Source: Auanema rhodensis
Lineage: Eukaryota > Animalia > Nematoda
NCBI GenBank assembly: GCA_964057225.1
Contig: OZ059900.1
Location: forward strand, 1,798,001-1,862,000
Direction of reading: 5' to 3'
DNA length: 64,000 bases
The notes below the pieces were generated by a model. That model was not told where the DNA came from, searched no databases, and saw only the letters and a list, made by a program, of their open reading frames with translations. This document shows, one piece after another, positions 57,986 to 64,000 of the stretch (the first letter of the stretch is position 1; each line of letters opens with the position of its first letter). The position numbers and the translations under genes are program-made.

Positions 57986-59459
57986 TCGAACATACAATAC
58001 ACAAAATCAGTCTATTTTTATAAGCTTGCACTGATATATATTCATTTTGATCAAAAAAGGTCGAAAATAGAAAGAATTTTTGAAATTTCCGAGTTTTGAG
58101 TCTAATTTGGCTAAATCGCTCATATATATGATCAGAAGCATAGTTTTAATGTCTATGACAACAAAAATCATCAATTAAACGCTAGTGATGTTTAAATACT
58201 GATTTTCGCTCAAATAGCATTACTACACTAAGTATGGTCGTTTTTATGCCTTTAACACCATATACTCACCGATTTTTGGTACAAAATCTGTAATACTCGT
58301 AAAATTTGATCATATTTGTTAAGATTTGAGAATCAAACACACAATACACAAAATCAGTCTATTTTTATGAGTTTACACTGATATATATTCATTTTCATCA
58401 AAAAAGGTCGAAAATAGAAAGAATTTTTGAATTTTCCGAGTTTTGAGTCGAATTGGGCTAAATCGCTCATATATATGATCAAAAGCATAGTTTTACTGTC
58501 TATGATAACAAAAGTCTTCAAATATACACTAATAATGATTAAATCACTGAATTTCACTCAAATAGCATTACTACACTAAGTATGGTCGTTTTTATGCCTT
58601 TAACACCATATACTCACCGATTTTTGGTACAAAATCTGTAATACTTGTAAATTTTGATCATATTTGTTAAGATTCGAGAATCAAACACATAATACACAAA
58701 ATAAGTCTATTTTTACAAGTTTGCACTGATATTTATTCATTTTGATCAAAAAAGGTCGAAAATAGAAAGAATTTTTGAAATTTCCGAGTTTTGAGTCCAA
58801 TTTGGCTAAATCGCTCATATATATGATCAAAAGCATAGTTTTATTGTCTATAACAACAAAAGTCATCAATTAAACGCTAGTGATGTTTAAATACTGAATT
58901 TCGCTCAAATAGCATTACTACACTAAGTATGGTCGTTTTTATGCCTTTAACACCATATACTCACCGATTTTTGGTACAAAATCTGTAATACTCGTAAATT
59001 TTGATCATATTCGTTAAGATTTGAGAATCAAACATACAATACACAAAATCAGTCTATTTTTATGAGCTTGCACTGATATATATTCATTTTGATCAAAAAA
59101 GGTCGAAAATAGAAAGAATTTTTGAAATTTCCGAGTTTTGAGTCTAATTTGGCTAAATCGCTCATATATATGATCAAAAGCATAGTTTTATTGTCTATGA
59201 CAACAAAAGTCATCAATTAAATGCTAGTGATGTTTAAATACTGAATTTCGCTCAAATAGCATTACTACACTAAGTATGGTCGTTTTTATGCCTTTAACAC
59301 CATATACTCACCGATTTTTGGTACAAAATCTGTAATACTCGTAAATTTTGATCATATTCGGTGAGATTCGAGAATCAAACACACAATACACGAAATAAGT
59401 TTATTTTGACGAGTTTGCACTGGTATTTATTCATTTTGATCAAAAAAGGTCGAAAATAG

Positions 59460-62400
59460 AAAGAATTTTTGAATTTTCCGAGTTTTGAGTCCAATTGGGC
59501 TAAATCGCTCATATATATGATCAAAAGCATAGTTTTACTGTCTATGATAACAAAAGTCTTCAAATATACACTAATAATGTGTAAATCACTGAATTTCACT
59601 CAAATAGCATTACTACACTAAGTATGGTCGTTTTTATGCCTTTAACACCATATACTCACCGATTTTTGGTACAAAATCTGTAATACTTGTAAATTTTGAT
59701 CATATTCGTTAAGATTTGAGAATCGAACATACAATACACAAAATCAGTCTATTTTTATGAGCTTGCACTGATATATATTCATTTTGATCAAAAAAGGTCG
59801 AAAATAGAAAGAATTTTTGAAATTTCCGAGTTTTGAGTCTAATTTGGCTAAATCGCTCATATATATGATCAGAAGCATAGTTTTAATGTCTATGACAACA
59901 AAAATCATCAATTAAACGCTAGTGATGTTTAAATACTGATTTTCGCTCAAATAGCATTACTACACTAAGTATGGTCGTTTTTATGCCTTTAACACCATAT
60001 ACTCACCGATTTTTGGTACAAAATCTGTAATACTCGTAAAATTTGATCATATTTGTTAAGATTTGAGAATCAAACACACAATACACAAAATCAGTCTATT
60101 TTTATGAGTTTACACTGATATATATTCATTTTCATCAAAAAAGGTCGAAAATAGAAAGAATTTTTGAATTTTCCGAGTTTTGAGTCGAATTGGGCTAAAT
60201 CGCTCATATATATGATCAAAAGCATAGTTTTACTGTCTATGATAACAAAAGTCTTCAAATATACACTAATAATGATTAAATCACTGAATTTCACTCAAAT
60301 AGCATTACTACACTAAGTATGGTCGTTTTTATGCCTTTAACACCATATACTCACCGATTTTTGGTACAAAATCTGTAATACTTGTAAATTTTGATCATAT
60401 TTGTTAAGATTCGAGAATCAAACACATAATACACAAAATAAGTCTATTTTTACAAGTTTGCACTGATATTTATTCATTTTGATCAAAAAAGGTCGAAAAT
60501 AGAAAGAATTTTTGAAATTTCCGAGTTTTGAGTCCAATTTGGCTAAATCGCTCATATATATGATCAAAAGCATAGTGTTATTGTCTATAACAACAAAAGT
60601 CATCAATTAAACGCTAGTGATGTTTAAATACTGAATTTCGCTCAAATAGCATTACTACACTAAGTATGGTCGTTTTTATGCCTTTAACACCATATACTCA
60701 CCGATTTTTGGTACAAAATCTGTAATACTCGTAAATTTTGATCATATTCGTTAAGATTTGAGAATCAAACATATAATACACAAAATCAGTCTATTTTTAT
60801 GAGCTTGCACTGATATATATTCATTTTGATCAAAAAAGGTCGAAAATAGAAAGAATTTTTGAAATTTCCGAGTTTTGAGTCTAATTTGGCTAAATCGCTC
60901 ATATATATGATCAAAAGAATAGTTTTATTGTCTATGACAACAAAAGTCATCAATTAAATGCTAGTGATGTTTAAATACTGAATTTTGCTCAAATAGCATT
61001 ACTACACTAAGTATGGTCGTTTTTATGCCTTTAACACCATATACTCACCGATTTTTGGTACAAAATCTGTAATACTCGTAAATTTTGATCATATCCGGTG
61101 AGATTCGAGAATCAAACACACAATACACAAAATAAGTTTATTTTGACGAGTTTGCACTGGTATTTATTCATTTTGATCAAAAAAGGTCGAAAATAGAAAG
61201 AATTTTTGAATTTTCCGAGTTTTGAGTCCAATTGGGCTAAATCGCTCATATATATGATCAAAAGCATAGTTTTACTGTCTATGATAACAAAAGTCTTCAA
61301 ATATACACTAATAATGATCAAATCACTGAATTTCACTCAAATAGCATTACTACACTAAGTATGGTCGTTTTTATGCCTTTAACACCATATACTCACCGAT
61401 TTTTGGTACAAAATCTGTGATACTCGTAAATTTTGATCATATTCGTTAAGATTTGAGAATCAAACATACAATACACAAAATCAGTCTATTTTTATGAGCT
61501 TGCACTGATATATATTCATTTTGATCAAAAAAGGTCGAAAATAGAATGAATTTTTGAAATTTCCGAGTTTTGAGTCTAATTTGGCTAAATCGCTCATATA
61601 TATGATCAAAAGCATAGTTTTACTGTCTATGATAACAAAAGTCTTCAAATATACACTATGAATGATTAAATCACTGATTTTCAGTCAAATAGCATTACTA
61701 CACTAAGTATGGTCGTTTTTATGCCTTTAACACCATATACTCACCGATTTTTGGTACAAAATCTGTAATACTCGTAAATTTTGATCATATTCGTTAAGAT
61801 TTGAGAATCAAACATACAATACACAAAATCAGTCTATTTTTATGAGCTTGCACTGATATATATTCATTTTGATCAAAAAAGGTCGAAAATAGAAAGAATT
61901 TTTGAATTTTCCGAGTTTTGAGTCCAATTGGGCTAAATCGCTCATATATATGATCAAAAGCATAGTTTTACTGTCTATGATAACAAAAGTCTTCAAATAT
62001 ACACTAATAATGTGTAAATCACTGAATTTCACTCAAATAGCATTACTACACTAAGTATGGTCGTTTTTATGCCTTTAACACCATATACTCACCGATTTTT
62101 GGTTCAAAATCTGTAATACTTGTAAATTTTGATCATATTCGTTAAGATTTGAGAATCGAACATACAATACACAAAATCAGTCTATTTTTATGAGCTTGCA
62201 CTGATATATATTCATTTTGATCAAAAAAGGTCGAAAATAGAAAGAATTTTTGAAATTTCCGAGTTTTGAGTCTAATTTGGCTAAATCGCTCATATATATG
62301 ATCAGAAGCATAGTTTTAATGTCTATGACAACAAAAATCATCAATTAAACGCTAGTGATGTTTAAATACTGATTTTCGCTCAAATAGCATTACTACACTA

Positions 62401-63900
62401 AGTATGGTCGTTTTTATGCCTTTAACACCATATACTCACCGATTTTTGGTACAAAATCTGTAATACTCGTAAAATTTGATCATATTTGTTAAGATTTGAG
62501 AATCAAACACACAATACACAAAATCAGTCTATTTTTATGAGTTTACACTGATATATATTCATTTTCATCAAAAAAGGTCGAAAATAGAAAGAATTTTTGA
62601 ATTTTCCGAGTTTTGAGTCGAATTGGGCTAAATCGCTCATATATATGATCAAAAGCATAGTTTTACTGTCTATGATAACAAAAGTCTTCAAATATACACT
62701 AATAATGATTAAATCACTGAATTTCACTCAAATAGCATTACTACACTAAGTATGGTCGTTTTTATGCCTTTAACACCATATACTCACCGATTTTTGGTAC
62801 AAAATCTGTAATACTTGTAAATTTTGATCATATTTGTTAAGATTCGAGAATCAAACACATAATACACAAAATAAGTCTATTTTTACAAGTTTGCACTGAT
62901 ATTTATTCATTTTGATCAAAAAAGGTCGAAAATAGAAAGAATTTTTGAAATTTCCGAGTTTTGAGTCCAATTTGGCTAAATCGCTCATATATATGATCAA
63001 AAGCATAGTGTTATTGTCTATAACAACAAAAGTCATCAATTAAACGCTAGTGATGTTTAAATACTGAATTTCGCTCAAATAGCATTACTACACTAAGTAT
63101 GGTCGTTTTTATGCCTTTAACACCATATACTCACCGATTTTTGGTACAAAATCTGTAATACTCGTAAATTTTGATCATATTCGTTAAGATTTGAGAATCA
63201 AACATACAATACACAAAATCAGTCTATTTTTATGAGCTTGCACTGATATATATTCATTTTGATCAAAAAAGGTCGAAAATAGAAAGAATTTTTGAAATTT
63301 CCGAGTTTTGAGTCTAATTTGGCTAAATCGGTCATATATATGATCAAAAGCATAGTTTTACTGTCTATGATAACAAAAGTCTTCAAATATACACTAATAA
63401 TGATCAAATCACTGAATTTCACTCAAATAGCATTACTACACTAAGTATGGTCGTTTTTATGCCTTTAACACCATATACTCACCGATTTTTGGTACAAAAT
63501 CTGTGATACTCGTAAATTTTGATCATATTCGTTAAGATTTGAGAATCAAACATACAATACACAAAATCAGTCTATTTTTATGAGCTTGCACTGATATATA
63601 TTCATTTTGATCAAAAAAGGTCGAAAATAGAATGAATTTTTGAAATTTCCGAGTTTTGAGTCTAATTTGGCTAAATCGCTCATATATATGATCAAAAGCA
63701 TAGTTTTACTGTCTATGATAACAAAAGTCTTCAAATATACACTATGAATGATTAAATCACTGATTTTCAGTCAAATAGCATTACTACACTAAGTATGGTC
63801 GTTTTTATGCCTTTAACACCATATACTCACCGATTTTTGGTACAAAATCTGTAATACTTGTAAATTTTGATCATATTTGTTAAGATTCGAGAATCAAACA
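59460..63900 (+). repeat. 7-mer (2433-bp) period duplication whose second copy has lost one monomer by fusion
   Basis: ORF pairs 60091/62524 and 60418/62851 are offset by 2433. Downstream variants cactatgaat (61660/63746) and aatgatcaaatc are offset by 2086 (6 monomers). Confidence 0.8.
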
Positions 63901-64000
63901 CATAATACACGAAATAAGTCTATTTTTACAAGTTTGCACTGATATTTATTCATTTTGATCAAAAAAGGTCGAAAATAGAAAAAATTTTTGAAATTTCCGA

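Larger units (their letters stand above)
1..64000. repeat. Tandem satellite DNA array, 347/348-bp AT-rich monomer, about 184 copies, single orientation, runs off both window ends
   Basis: The motif ttactacactaagtatggtcgtttttatgcctttaacaccatatactcaccgatttttggtacaaaatctgt recurs every 347-348 bp from start to end. ORF-track coordinates step in multiples of 347/348 (289, 637, 1331, 1679 and so on). No intervening unique sequence was seen. Confidence 0.99.

Noticed and set aside
289-63422. About 120 minus-strand ORFs of 62-74 aa (MKFSDL.../MMTFVV...) resembling a tandem small-protein family
   Set aside because: They are one satellite segment repeated. About a third of monomers lack a listed ORF through start loss, early stop or the A7 frameshift. 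Many class variants change amino acids, and the F/I/K/L-rich composition is what AT-rich DNA yields. No known domain was recognised. Ribosome profiling or proteomics would be needed to overturn this.
1-64000. Assignment to a named satellite family or taxon
   Set aside because: Monomer length and AT content resemble several insect and plant satellites, but I recognise no diagnostic sequence. A database search is required.

Overview
The whole 64 kb is one uninterrupted, head-to-tail array of an AT-rich satellite (about 28% GC in a hand-counted monomer). The monomer is 347/348 bp and occurs in about 184 copies, all in the same orientation. I found no credible protein-coding gene, RNA gene, transposon, CRISPR array or unique sequence. 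The roughly 120 short minus-strand ORFs are the same stretch of each monomer read repeatedly. The array looks eukaryotic and heterochromatic, possibly centromeric, but I cannot name the organism or satellite family. Monomers fall into a few variant classes (my labels A, B, C, D, plus C', C'', D', E, F, G). These are arranged as a basic 1390-bp 4-mer higher-order repeat (HOR), with nested 3-, 4-, 7-, 9-, 10- and 12-mer local duplications, a probable ancestral ~14-mer order, and one long-range duplicate at a 29,198-bp offset. Within the monomer there are remnants of an older ~170-180 bp dimer, several palindromes, a nearly invariant ~72-bp block that could form hairpins, and four ~10-bp-phased CG/TG sites whose pattern distinguishes the main monomer classes. 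All comparisons were made by eye, so block ends are approximate.
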